Positions 25,320 to 39,494 of a DNA stretch of 64,000 nt are shown piece after piece. Position numbers and translations under genes: made by a program. The stretch comes from the human T2T-CHM13v2.0 reference genome, Homo sapiens. The notes under the pieces are model-generated. The model was not told the origin of the DNA. It was given only the letters and a program-made list of their open reading frames with translations, and did no database searches. Position 1 is the first letter of the stretch, and every line of letters starts with the position of its first letter. The stretch lies in assembly GCF_009914755.1 (NCBI RefSeq), contig NC_060926.1, one strand, 5' to 3'.

Positions 25320-25644
25320 AGCGACTACCCTTACCACCTGACACTGGGAAAGTCACCTCCTGCCTCAGAGCTCCCATTGGCCCCAGCCCAACTTGCCCCA
25401 TCCTGATTCAGTGGGAATGGGTAGGATTCAAGCCCCCCAGTTCGAGACCCAGTCTTCTGTGGTACACTAGGATCCCAGAGCTGAAGTAGAGAATCTGGTT
25501 AATACATCAGTGTACAGACTCTTCAGTTTTAAGATTCTCTTTCCATACTGGGGGAGGTCTCAGGAATCTGTAGAAGGTAGATGGGGAAATGGACACTCAG
25601 AAGCATCAGACACTTCACAATCCAGATGCTGATAAAATGGCCAA

Positions 25645-25760
25645 ACCTTGGTGTTCAAAGGGATCTTAGTGGTCATCTCATTCAACCCAACTACCCAAAG
25701 CAGAAATCTCTTCTACCGCTTCCTTGATTGCTTCCAGCAGCGGGGAACTCACTGCCTTGG
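25645..25760. mobile_element. Ancient CR1/L3 (or MIR3-like) fragment
   Basis: gggatcttagtggtcatctcattcaaccc..ccagcagcggggaactcactgcc resembles CR1/L3 as recalled. Confidence 0.45.
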
Positions 25761-26994
25761 TATGGTTTTGTTTTGCTTCTTGTTTTTGAGATAGTCTCTC
25801 TTTGTCACCTAGGCTGGATTGCAGTGGCATGATCATGGCTCACTGCAGCCTTGACTTCCTGGGCTTGAGCGATCCTACCTTCTCAATCCACTCCCCCTCA
25901 AAGTAGCTGGGACTATAGGTGTGTGCCACCATGCCCCACTTATTTCTGTATTTTTAGCAGAGGCAGGGTTTTGCCATGTTGCCCAGGCCAGTCTTGAACT
26001 CCTAGGCTCAAGTGATCCTTCTGCCTTGGCCTCCCAAAGTGCTGGGATTACGGGTGCGAGCCACCACGCCCGGCGGGTGTGTTCTGTCTTATACTTAAAG
26101 GAATTAAAATTTTCCTCCTTCAGCGTCTGTCCTCGTGGTCCTTGTTCTGTGTGTTCTGTGAAAGCAGAGTTACAGGGTGGTTTGCTACCCGCTGCATCCC
26201 ACCACCTCATACAAAGCTGGGATGTAGCGATGTTCAATGGATATGCTGCCGGAATGATGGATGAAGCAATACTGAATGTTAGCCATGGTGCTGCCTTGCA
26301 GTCATCTACTCTAGGCTATACAGCACCATCTCACATATGACAGACAGGGTTTCCAGAACATTCCTCATCCTTCCCACGCCTCTACCACATGCAGGTTGCA
26401 GAGTTCTTTTGAGCAGTGGGCCCTCTGCAGTGAACTCAGTTTTCCAGGACTGTCCTGAATGGCACAGAAGTGGAGTGGGGCATGCCACCCCTCGGGGTGC
26501 ACTCCATGCTGCTGTCCGCACAACCTGCCCTGCGAGGGCTTATTTCAGCATCACGCCATAGGTGCATCTCTCTGAGCCCCAGGCTGGTCCTTGGTGCAGC
26601 AGAGATGCAACTTTAACTTCCAGAGTTTTAGCAAAGCATGGGGCTCCTTGCTTTGTATGGCAATGGTACCACACCTTGGAAGAGGGCAGCCCCAGGCCCT
26701 CCTAGGTGGAACCTGTTCAAGGGGCCAACAGTCTCGTTGTGGGGCAAGAAGATGCCAGAGTGTGCCCCTTGCTTAGTTTCCTCAGTGAGCGAGACCTGGC
26801 ATTGGGGGTCTCCCAGTCCCCAAGCTGAGAGACCCATAACCAGGTCATCAGCAGTTGTCTGACTGTGGGTGGAGGAGCCCCTGGGCCCCAGGGCTTCCAG
26901 GCACTGTGGCTCAGCTTTGCCGGCCCACAGAGCCACATAGGCATGAGGTAGTTGTGAACACACAGTTCTGGGTTAATAAGTGTTTGCTGACTGA

Positions 26995-27457
<463 letters not shown>

Positions 27458-29657
27458 TGATGAAGGGCAGGGAGGAGGCTCTGGCTAAGACCAGGCTGGA
27501 TCTGAACTTGTAGTCCAAAGGCAGAAGGAGTGAGATCCAGACTATCCCAGGAAGGAACTGGGGCCTCTGGAAAACCAGAGAGGTTTTCCTCCCCTGAAGG
27601 GGTTTTGTGGCACCGTCCCTCAACAGGCCACCTGGTGGCCACAGAGGCTCAGGCAGGGTTGGGTGGGGGGGAATGGGAGGGGATGGGGTGGGTCAGGGCC
27701 ATTGCTCCCTGCTGAGTCCCACTGGGGATCATTGTGACAGAGAGGAAACCCCTGTTGGTGCAGGGAAGCCAAAGGAAAATAAAATTTGCCCCACCCTGAA
27801 AAGGAAAGGAAGACTCAGGAGAGAGGCCCCAGAGGGGGAGGCGTTACTGCCCAAAGGCTCCCAAGACCTGTCAGGTCAGCAGACACCAGCTGTGTCCCAG
27901 CAGAAGGTGGCCGGCTGAGCCCAGCTCCAGGAGGACACCAGCTCGGCTCCCATGCCACAAGGGCTGGTCGGGCCTGAGAAAGCGCCTGCCCAGATGTGCC
28001 AAGGAGAGTTGGCCCCACACCCAGACCTGCACTGCTGACTCCAAGCAGAGGCTGCGCCCACCTCACCCTCCTTCCTGCAGGAAGTGTGGCTTTGCAACAG
28101 TGGCTGGTCTGAGGAACTGCCTCCTAGGCTAAGCCCTCTGGCTACCTCCCCAGGCCTCAGGGATCCCCCTGGAACACACCTGCAGTCCCGTCCAAGGCAG
28201 GCTGTGTACTCTGAAAGAGCCCTGGGGTTCCAGGACAGAGCCCACCGGCGCTCACTGGCTAGAGAGCCTGGGGCAGTTCACTCTGCCAGCCGGCCCCCAG
28301 TGCTCAGTCCCAGCTCTGCCAGCCAGCATGTAATTTTTCTGCCTGTGAGAGCGTGAGCCACCTGAGCCGGCTGAGCTGAGTGGGCAGGACCAGAGGTCAG
28401 GACCAGAGCCTGGGTGCAAAATGCAAACATGGCCCCGTATGCAAATCACTCAGTTGTTTGTTCCTTCTCTCCTGACAAGGGCCAGCCACACCCAGATGCC
28501 GAAAAGAGCGCGCATGGCCTGGTCCCTGGGTGTCCTCAAGAGAGGAGTGGGCTGGGCACCTGATGGAGCACAGCAGCGCTAACCTCTGGGGCAGGACCCA
28601 GCTGAGCAGACGGCCCTTTCTCTTCGGAGCCGCGAGCCCTCGGTCTCCGCCCGAGGGAATTCATAGCATTCTGCCTTTCCTGAAATCACTCCTGTCCCAA
28701 GTGGAGTCATCCCACAGACCATCAGTGATGTCTGTTTCCCCAGGCTCAGGGCAGACTTTCAGTCTGGGGCTGAGGTGGCCCTGTGTGTCTAGGGGCTGAT
28801 GTGGGCAGACCTTTGAGGAGCTGGCTGGGAACCCCTCCCCCGCCTTCATAACAGGGACCACTGCAGGGTGGTAAGCCAGGCCCACATAGCTCTTTTTTTT
28901 TGCCCAGCTAATTTTTTGTATTTTTAGTAGAGACGGGGTTTAATCATGTTGGCCAGGATGGTCTTGAACTCCTGACCTCAGGTGATCCACCCACCTAGGC
29001 CCCCTAAAGTGCAGGGATTACAGCCATGAGCCACTGCACCCGGCCATCCACATAGCTCTTTCTTGCCTGAAAGATCCTGGGCCAGGAGGGAACTAAGCTT
29101 GGGACCCTGCCTCAAAGGATGCTGGGCAGGGTGACGCCAGCACTGGGTGGGTAGCAGTCCCCTGAGGCTGCGGGTGGCAGACAGCTGGGCCACGGGGACC
29201 CTGGGGAGTCCCAGATGTTGTCTCTTTCAGCTCACTGCTTCTCCGAATGTGACGGGGAGACTGGGGAGGCCACAAGGAGGAGCCGAGGGGCCCCCACGGG
29301 GGTTTACTGAGGAGCACACAGTGCGGGCAGTGGGCCATCTGTCCCAGGGCTGGGCCAGGGAGGGGCTTCCCAGTATCAGCAGGCAGGGCCGCCCTCAGGC
29401 CCAGCTCCCCCAGGAGTGCATGGCAGGGGCACCTGGCTCAGGGCTGAATGGAATGAGATGGGTCCAGAGCACCCCCTGCACACAGTGAGGCTCAGGTGAA
29501 CCTGGGAATGTTCAGGGAGAGGCACAGGAGAAACAGGAGGCCTGAAAGGGAGGGGCCTGGCCTGAGGGCAGATCTGGAGGGAGGGCCCACCCGCAAGCTG
29601 CTTCCCTCCGGCCTGCTGGAGGCGCCAAAATCACCCTAGCCCGGGCCCCACCCGACA

Positions 29658-29705
29658 GTCTGAAAGCCCTTTCTCTTTCCATACTGGGGGAGGTCTGAAA
29701 GCCCT
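29658..29705 (+). other. Insertion flanked by a 13-bp direct repeat, identical to 25535-25560
   Basis: gtctgaaagccct at 29658 and 29693; ttctctttccatactgggggaggtct at both 25535 and 29671. Confidence 0.9.
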
Positions 29706-32100
29706 GGGCAGGGACCGACGTTCTGATTTCACGGCAGACCTTGTTTTCCACCAAATCAATGAGCCCTGGTTCTGGAGGGTCCTTGAAATCTCCCCTAAGA
29801 GCTTGGTCAGAGCCTCGGAGGAAGGAGGCGTTTGGGGGAGGAGACTCAGATCTGGGAGGCCGGGTCTAGAAGGTCCGGCCCATCCTTGGGACCCCAGAAC
29901 CTGGTCCCTGAAAGGCATGGCCCCTCCTGAGGCACTGACTCTGGGGACTGAAGCCCCCACAGAGCTCTCACTTCCAAGGCCCCCCAACCCTGGGCCACTG
30001 GGGAATCCCTGCTCCCTCCCCTTCCCCACCCATCCTCTTAGGCTCCTTCTCCTCCCATCCCCCAGGGAAAAGAGGGCCCGCCCCCCACGCCAGGGCATCC
30101 CACTTCCTGCCTCTCACCGGCAAACAGCTCCCAATCCCAGTCCTCAGTGAGGAAACGGAGGTGTGTCTGACCCCTCCCAGCCAGGCTCCACCACAGTGCT
30201 GGCCCTTGACTGTATTTGTCCGTCCTGTTGGCTTCCTCCAGGTCGGTCTTGTGTTCACACAGGGTACTCTAGCCCACCTCCCTCCTGCTTCCCTGACTTC
30301 ACAGCCTCCATATATATATATATTTTTTTTTTCCTTCTCCTTCCAGATGGAGTTTTGCTCTGTTGCCTAGGCTGGAGTGCGGTGGCAAGATCTCGGCTCA
30401 CTGCAACCTCCTCTTCCTGGATTGAAGCGATTCTCCTGCCTCAGCCTCCAAGTAGCTGGGATTACAGGCGCCCACCACCACGCCCAGCTAATTTTTTGAT
30501 ATTTTTAGTAGAGATGGGTTTCCCGAGTTTCACTGTGTTGGCCAGGCTGGTCCCAAACTCCTGACCTCAAGTGATCCGCCCGCCTCGGCCTCCCAAAGTG
30601 CTGGGATTACAGGCGTGAGCCACCAAGCACGGCCCCGCAGCCTCCTTCTTGAAAGAGATGTCCACACCCCATCTGCCCCTCCTTCTCCCTTCCTCATTCC
30701 TCAGCAGCTGGCCTCCTGCGGCTGCTCCCAGGATCTTCTGCAGAGTCCGGTCCAGCCAACCCCACCTACCTGGCTCCACATCCACGTCTTTTGAGCCCTC
30801 CTCTTCTCCGCCCCATGGGTGCCCGTTTCTCCAGGCCTGCCTCTCTGCCCTCCTGTCCTCACCACAGGCCCTTCTTTCTGCCTGGGCCTTCTTTCTGCCT
30901 TCCCTCTGAGAGTGGAAGTGGGGAGGCTGGGAACAAAGGCTGGCATAGGGCACCCTGGGTGCAAAGAGGCCTCACTGTGTACCAGCTGGATGGCCTTGGT
31001 TTCCTCAGGCGTAAAGTGAGGTTGGTAACGTGGAATTGGCCTCTGGGTCCTGTGAGGACTTAGAGGCACACATCCAGGCAGCTGCTGCACACCCAGGGGG
31101 CTGAGATTTGCCCAATGGACTCTGGCACCAGTGCTTTCAGCCACAGTGAGAGGTTTGCAGAGGGCTTCATAAGTCCTCAGGCATTTGGGCTGATCTGGGA
31201 GTCCCAGTGACCCAAGCAGCCACACACATTCCCACACAGCTCAGCGCATTACTCTTCCAAGCAAGGGGCAGGCGCGTTTTGAGGGCCTCGACCATTTGTA
31301 CGGAACACCGTGTTCTGTCTGCTGCCACTGGTCTCAAGGAGGACGAATCCCCTCGACCTTACCCCACCCTGGGCATCTCCACCCAGAGCCCTGGGACGTG
31401 AGGGCTGGGGGCTGGCAGCAGATGGGTTAACTCCTGGCCTGGCTCCAGAAGGATGCCCCGTCAGCCTGCAAACCCCTCTGGACTCCTGGCACCCCTCCCC
31501 TCCCACACGGCCCCTCTACCCTCCGACTGAAGGGCACAGGGGCTCCCCCAGGTGGCCAAATGCACGAAGGCCAGAAACGGGGGAGTCCGGCAAAGACTCA
31601 CTGCAAACAGCTCGCCCCTTCCGCCCCATAAATACAGCTCCCTGGTCGGACCAGGTGTTCTGACTTGGGATTTGGAAAATCAGGCCACCTGTATGTGGAT
31701 TTGCGTCTGTAGGAAGCCAGCGGCTTTGCAGCCCAGGTGTTGTAAAGTATTCTTAGCAGGCTGTGGGGGAACTGCTTGCAGCCATTCTAAAGCTGTGGCA
31801 GGGTTTAGAATGACACACTCTGCCATGTGTCATGGGTCACAGGACACAGAGATATGGGGACAGGAAACAGCCCAGAGGCCCAGCTCGAAGCCAGAAATGC
31901 ACCAGTAACCACTATCATGTATAACATGCCTCTGTGTGCCTGTCACCGTGCTCAAGGCTTTCCATCCCTCGTCTCATTTACTTCTCACAACAGCCTAGGA
32001 GTTAGGCACTCTGATTCTCCCCATTTAGCAGATGAGGAAACTGAGGCTGAAGTTAAATCCTTTGTCTAGAATCACACAGCTAGACAAAGCCTGAACTTGA

Positions 32101-32367
<267 letters not shown>

Positions 32368-33024
32368 TGATCTGCCCGCCTCGGCCTCCCAAAGTGCTGG
32401 GATTACAGGCGTGAGCCACCATGTCCGGCCTTTAGCTCTTTGCTCTTATGCAAGCCTGCCTGTGCACAGGAAGATGACTTGGCCAAGTAACTAGAGAGCC
32501 ACGAGTATACTCGTGAGATGCTCATCAACGAGGACGTGCAACGCCTTCTTACCCCAGAAGCATGCACAGCAGGCGCTCCGCAATTGCAGCTGGAACACAG
32601 GGAATGCATACACATGAGAAACAGGAAGGCAGGACCCAGCTTCCCCCAAAAACAGCACACACAGGCACCCAGGGGCCCTGATACCTGCCAACAGCAAGAT
32701 GTGTACAAGACTCAGGGCTTGGGTACTGGTCCTTCTAGACCACAGGCACCTAGACACCATTGAGTGAACCAAGATCCAGAAAGTTCCAGTGACAGGTTGT
32801 GGCCCACTCTCGGCTTACTGGCAGGCTGAGCTCCAGCATTCTCAGACCCAGACAGGTTCCTGGTGACAGCCATGCACAAGCAGGGAACACATCCATGAAT
32901 GTGGGTTCAATCACACACGGCTCCACCCACATATACATCTTCCAAAGACAAAACCTGCTGCCACCATCTGTGCAGACACAGTTGAACACCTGGCCTCTTG
33001 GTCACACAGTTCAGCTCACAATGA

Positions 33025-33095
33025 CAAGCACACACACGACACACACAGAGAGACACAGACACACGCACACACAATACAGACAAACACACGCACAT
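33025..33095 (+). repeat. Imperfect (CA)n microsatellite
   Basis: cacacacacgacacacacagagagacacagacacacgcacacac. Confidence 0.8.
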
Positions 33096-33289
33096 GAAAG
33101 GGGGTCTCAGAGAGAAGGGGAAGAAAGGAGGAGCTGGCTCAGGAGCTGAAAATCCCTGCAGTCCCACAGACACGCAGGGCCTAAGCCCTGGGATCCGGCC
33201 CCTGGGCTGCAGACTCTGTCCTCAGGTGGCTGCCACCCACCTTCTGGGGCCCCGCCTGCCTTCTGTCTTCTGTCCTTCCATTTTATTTA

Positions 33290-33320
<31 letters not shown>

Positions 33321-33635
33321 TTTTTTTTTTGAGACAGAGTCTTGCTCTGTCACCCAGGCTGGAGTGCAATGGTGAGATCTCGGCTCACTGCAACCTCCAC
33401 CTCCCGAGTTCAAGCAATCCTCCTGCCTCAGCTCCCTAAGTAGCTGGGACTACAGGCACGTGCCACCGCACCTGGCTACTTTTTTTTTGTATTTTGAGTA
33501 GAGACAGGGTTTCACCATGTTGGCCAGGCTGGTCTCGAACTCCAGACCTCAGATGATCTGCCCCCTTTGGCTTCCCGAGGTGCTGGGATTACAGGCGTGA
33601 GCCACTGTGCCCAGCCTGCCCTCCCATTTTAGTTA

Positions 33636-33680
<45 letters not shown>

Positions 33681-33683
33681 TAT
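33636..33683 (+). repeat. (ATT)n microsatellite derived from an Alu tail
   Basis: About 14 perfect ATT units. Confidence 0.95.
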
Positions 33684-34360
33684 TGTATTTTATTTTTTTT
33701 GAGATGGAGTCTTGCTCTGTCGCCCAGGCTGGAGTGCAGGGCATGATCTCAGCTCACTGCAAACTCCGTCTCCCGGGTTCATGACATTCTCCTGTCTCAG
33801 CCTCCTGAGTAGCTGGGACTACAGGCACCCGCCACCACGTCCGGCTAATTTTTTGTATTTTTAGTAGAGATGGGGTTTCACCGTGTTAGCCAGGATGGTC
33901 TCGATCTTCTGACCTCGTGCGTGATCTGCCCGCCTCGGCCTCCCAAAGTGCTGGGATTACAGGCATGAGCCACCACGCCTGGCCAATATTATTATTTTTG
34001 AGACAAGCTCTCTGTCACCCAGGCTGGAGTGCAGTGGCGCCGTCACAGCTCATGGCTCGCTGCAGCCTCAGCTTCCTAGGCTCCAGCGATCCTCTCACCT
34101 CAGCCTCCCAATTAGTTGGGACTGCGGGAGTCAGCCACCACACCTGGCCACCTGACTAATTAAAACTTTTTTTTTTTTTTTGCAGAAATTGCGGGGGGAG
34201 GGGTCTCACTATGTTCCCTAGGCTGCTCTTGAACTCCTGGGCTCAAGCGATCCCCCTGCCTCAGCCTCCCAAAGCAAAGCACTGGGATGACAGGCATGAG
34301 CTACCTTGTCTGGCCACCTTCCTGTTTTAAACGCTGAGCCGAGGCCTGAAATGCCCCTGA

Positions 34361-34379
34361 TGACCACCAGAGGGCGGAT
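34361..34379 (+). promoter_or_regulatory. Strong CTCF motif
   Basis: TGACCACCAGAGGGCGG matches the CTCF core CCASYAGRKGGCR. Confidence 0.7.
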
Positions 34380-34629
34380 GAGCATCAAATAATCCCTTCA
34401 GCCAGCCTCCTTCCAAAACCCTCCTCATTCATTCATTCTGAAACATGTATTAAGCACCCGTTTGTGCCAGGTCCTGGGACACAGAGAAGAAAGGTGGGGG
34501 AAAGTAGGGGAAAGGCGATTAAGGCAAGGGAAGAGGTGTGTGCCTAAAGTCTGGTGGGAATGGAGGTTAGATTTTGGGGAAAGGTGTTGGTAGGAGGGGC
34601 TGGGTAAAAAAAAAAAAAAACCCAGCTAG

Positions 34630-34812
<183 letters not shown>

Positions 34813-34823
34813 TGAGTGGCTGA

Positions 34824-35231
<408 letters not shown>

Positions 35232-36032
35232 TGACCTACCTCGGCCTCCCACAGTGCTGGGATTACAGGCGTGATCCACTGCGTCTGGCCCAGAGTTTTT
35301 TGTTTTTTGTTTTGTGACATGCATTAATTCATTTACTCCATGAGTGTATGAACTAGATATCCAGTATAACTTCCATTATTCTACTTATTATTGGTACAGT
35401 AAGGGAGACATAATGAGAGTTACTACTCCACCAGGCTGTTGTAGGGATTGAACTGCTCAGCAGGAGTATGTGTAAAGCACTCAGAAAACTGCCCTGTTGT
35501 TATCGTCATTCTCATTTTACAGATGGGGAAACTGAGGCATAGTTAGCAAGGAGTAGGGGTCAATCATGAGCAGGCTGGTTCCAGTGCATGAGTGGAGGAG
35601 GCCAAGGCAGTGGCTGGGGAGCAGAACAGGAGAGGTAGGGGCGTGTGGGGCATCTGAGTGGAGGAGAAGCATGGGGGCCCAGGCCTACCCTCTGGCCTTG
35701 ACCTGGGAGAGGGCCTCCATATCCCCAGGGATGAAGATAAAGGACAAACAGCCCCCAGATCCCTCTGCCTCATCTTTCTTGGAGAGCTTGGGGAGGTGTG
35801 AGGGCCAGGTCCCTAAACTCTGGCTCCCTTCTGTTTGGGGCTCATGGGGCTCGGGGCTCATGGGGCTCAGGGCTCCACAGCGATGGGCCTCTGGACTGGT
35901 CTCTCCCATCCGGCCTGGCACCCTAGCCCTGGCCCATGCGTTGGGGACAAGGGGCCTACCCACTCTGTGGCTGCCAGTCCCCCAGCATCTGGGCAGAGTG
36001 ATAACACCCTTCCACCTCCCTACACATGTTGA

Positions 36033-36302
<270 letters not shown>

Positions 36303-36949
36303 TGACCCGCCCGCCTCGGCCTCCCAAAGTGCTGGGATTACAGGCTTGAGCCACCGTGCCCGGCTAATTTTTTGTATTTTTACTAGAGATGGGGTTTCAC
36401 CGTGTTAGCCAGTGTGGTCTCAATCTCCTGACCTCGTGATCTGCCCGCCTCGGCCTCTCAAAGTGCTGGGATTACAGGCGTGAGCCACTGCGCCCGGCCT
36501 AAAGCCCTCTTTTCTATAGGATCCCATCTAATCTTCACAGCAATTTGGGAGATAGGCCCTTATTATATTAGTCTTACAACTGCAGGAGCCACGTGGGAAG
36601 GAAGGGGATTGCCCCAGGTCACACGGCTCCTCCCTGGGCCAGCCCTCTGCCATGATTTTTGCCGCAAATCATGAGCTCTTACTCCCACGCCGCCCTGTTC
36701 GCTGCACTACCGGACCCTTGGTGGCCATCTAGGGGATGGAAGTAGCTGTCCCTTGCGGATGATGACCCCTGTGCCGGACTGGGGATGGGGCTGCATGAGG
36801 CCTGGTTTAGAGTCACCAGCATTCAAAGGGGCAGAATCTGAGTCCAACTTCATTCCAGGCTGGGGACACCTGGGGAGGCGGGAACCAGCTGTGTGAGGAA
36901 CAGAGCCTCCAGAAAGGTGGGGTTGGAGTGGGACGTGCCTGGGCAGGCA

Positions 36950-38460
36950 AGTGGGGACAAAGAGGGCGCCGGCACACCTGGCGGCCAGGCAGCCCGCGCC
37001 CGCCAGCACAGATTCAAAGTGGAGCCGAGGCTGTGATTGGCGGCCCAGCCCAAGCCCCACCCCTTCTCTCACCTCCCAGGCCGCTGGGAAAGACGCAGGG
37101 AATGGAGAAGGCCCCTCATCCCGCCTTTAACCACGCAGCAGTGGCCTGGCTGGTAGTGAACTGCTAACAACCTCTCCTGCTCCAAACCCTGCCGGGCCCC
37201 CGCTTGGCATTCTGGCGCCGCCTTCGGTCCCAGTGACTCCTGGAGCTGCTGGGGCTCCGGCCATCGAATCACCCCTCCCTGAGCCGTCCTTCAGCCTGCG
37301 GCCTCCTCCACTAACTGGTCTTACCCCAACCCGCCCTCTCCAATGTCCCCTGTTCTCTGAGCGCTCTCCCAGTCCAGCCACCAGCCACGGCCAGGCCCAG
37401 GACGGAGTCGCTTTCTGGGCCCCGTCCCGTGCCCATCGGGCTTTTCCCCCACAGCGGTGGCCCAGCCCCTGCTTGGACCCCGGGGACTCCGAGCGCAGCT
37501 GGGCCGGGGGTGGCAGCGGGGGAGGCCGGTGCACAGGTTGCCGGACCGCGGCGGGGGCAGGCGGCGGAGGCTGGGCGGGAACCCGACTCTGGGCCCGCGC
37601 CCCGCCCCGGCGCAGATGGCGGCGGCGCGGGCTGGTCCCGGGCCGCCGCTGGGGGCTCGGGTTTCGGCCGAGAGGGGCGGGGCGAGCGCCTGGGGGCCCC
37701 GGGGAGGCTGCGGCCCAATCACTGCCCGGCCCGGACGCTGCCCCCGACCCCGGCCTCCAATCACTGCCTGGCCGGACCGCCCCCGCTCCGCTGCGTCCTT
37801 TGTTCCCGCTCCCCTCTGCCTTCCCGGGCGCCCCGCTCCGGCCCTGCGGCTTCCGGCCCGCGCGGACCCTGCCGTGTGGACGCGTGTGGGCTGCGCCCGC
37901 CCCGGGCGCACTCCGGGCCCCAACGCCAGGCACAGGCCCGCTTGTGGCTGGGCACGCTCGTGTGCCCTTGGCGGCCCCGGGCGCTTCGGAGGGCCTGGCC
38001 AAAGCTCCCAGAAGAGCCCTTTGGAGGGACTGAACTTTGACCAGGGGCAGAGGGCAACGGAGGAATCCAGGACCCGGGCAGTGTCCAGCCCGGGCCCCAC
38101 CTTCCCTTCCCGGGCTGCGGCTCTCCTCACTCTCAGCCTCCTTGCTTTGCCCACGCTGCTGCCATGGCCTAACTTCTTTTCACGTACATTCCAGCCTTCC
38201 TTCCAGACCCGTTTTGGGGGTGCATCGTCTGTGACGCCACCCCCACCCCGGTAGTGGTCCCTTTTTGGTCTGGGTCTGAGGCCTCCCCAGCAGAGAGCCC
38301 CAGCGCCCGGCAGGGCTCACTTACAGTGCCGCAAGGGGCCCTCAACAAGCCTTGGTCCCCAAGCTTCCGCGGGCACCCCAGGCCTGATCTTGGTTCCGTG
38401 TGAGGCTGCGTGGAGGCTCTGTCACTCACTGAATCGGAGCCGCGGTGTTCTCAGCGGTGA
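36950..38460. promoter_or_regulatory. CpG island 2: orphan promoter/enhancer with tandem CCAAT boxes
   Basis: Very high GC and CpG; CCAAT at 37715 and 37757, ATTGG near 37036, GC boxes, CAGATGGCGG near 37613, DR1-like TGAACTTTGACCA at 38031. Confidence 0.85.
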
Positions 38461-38533
38461 AATGGGCACGATAATAGTTAACGGGGTCAACTCTGTTTCC
38501 CAGGTCAGGACTGTCGTAAGGATTAAAAGAGCT

Positions 38534-38865
<332 letters not shown>

Positions 38866-39437
38866 CTAGGAGCCATGGTGCCTACAGAGGCCCCACCCCT
38901 GCCTCTTCCTAATCCCCAGGTCCAGGGGACACTCCTGCTCTCTGTCTCCCTCCTGGAGTCCCCTCCCTGGACCTCTGCACCTTCTGCTCAGGACCCCACC
39001 CTCAGCCCCTTCTCCCCTTATTCTCTCCACCTTCTGCCAGGCCAGCCAATCTCAGACCTCCTTGCCCTGGCCCCACCTCTCTTCTGGGTCCTCTGGAGAT
39101 ATCCCTCAAACACCTCCAACCAGTTTTTCTCAAATTCAACGTCCTCAGCAGCAACCCACTGGCCACATGTGTTTCTATTTCTGTGGAGGACTCACCATCC
39201 TCACCACTGCCCACCCTAGAGACCCGAGTGTCCTCGTCACCCTAGTGGCACCCCACCGTATGCTGGGGCCAAGCCTGTGCTCTCAGGCCTAGCCTACCCT
39301 GTTCTCCCAGGGGCAGCGCCTTGGCCCACACTCTTCTCCTTTTGGCCTGATCTCCTAATCTGTCCCTTAGCCCTCTGCTTCCAGTCTGTAGGACCCACTG
39401 CCGGGAGGGCTCCCCAGCGCTGCCCTCAGCGTCCAGT

Positions 39438-39494
39438 CCCAGCTCCTGGGTATAACTGACAGAGCCCAGCTCCTGGGTGTAACTGACAAAGCCC
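39438..39494. repeat. 27-bp tandem duplication inside an L2-like segment
   Basis: cccagctcctgggt(a/g)taactgaca(g/a)ag twice. Confidence 0.93.

Noticed and set aside
26190-26229. 12-bp stem hairpin (cgctgcatccca/tgggatgtagcg)
   Set aside because: Too short for a pre-miRNA, no snoRNA or tRNA boxes, and expected by chance.
37127-38254. Long overlapping ORFs (203-291 aa) on both strands
   Set aside because: Gly/Pro/Ala/Arg-rich, open in several frames at once, no recognisable domain: the expected stop-codon depletion in a CpG island.
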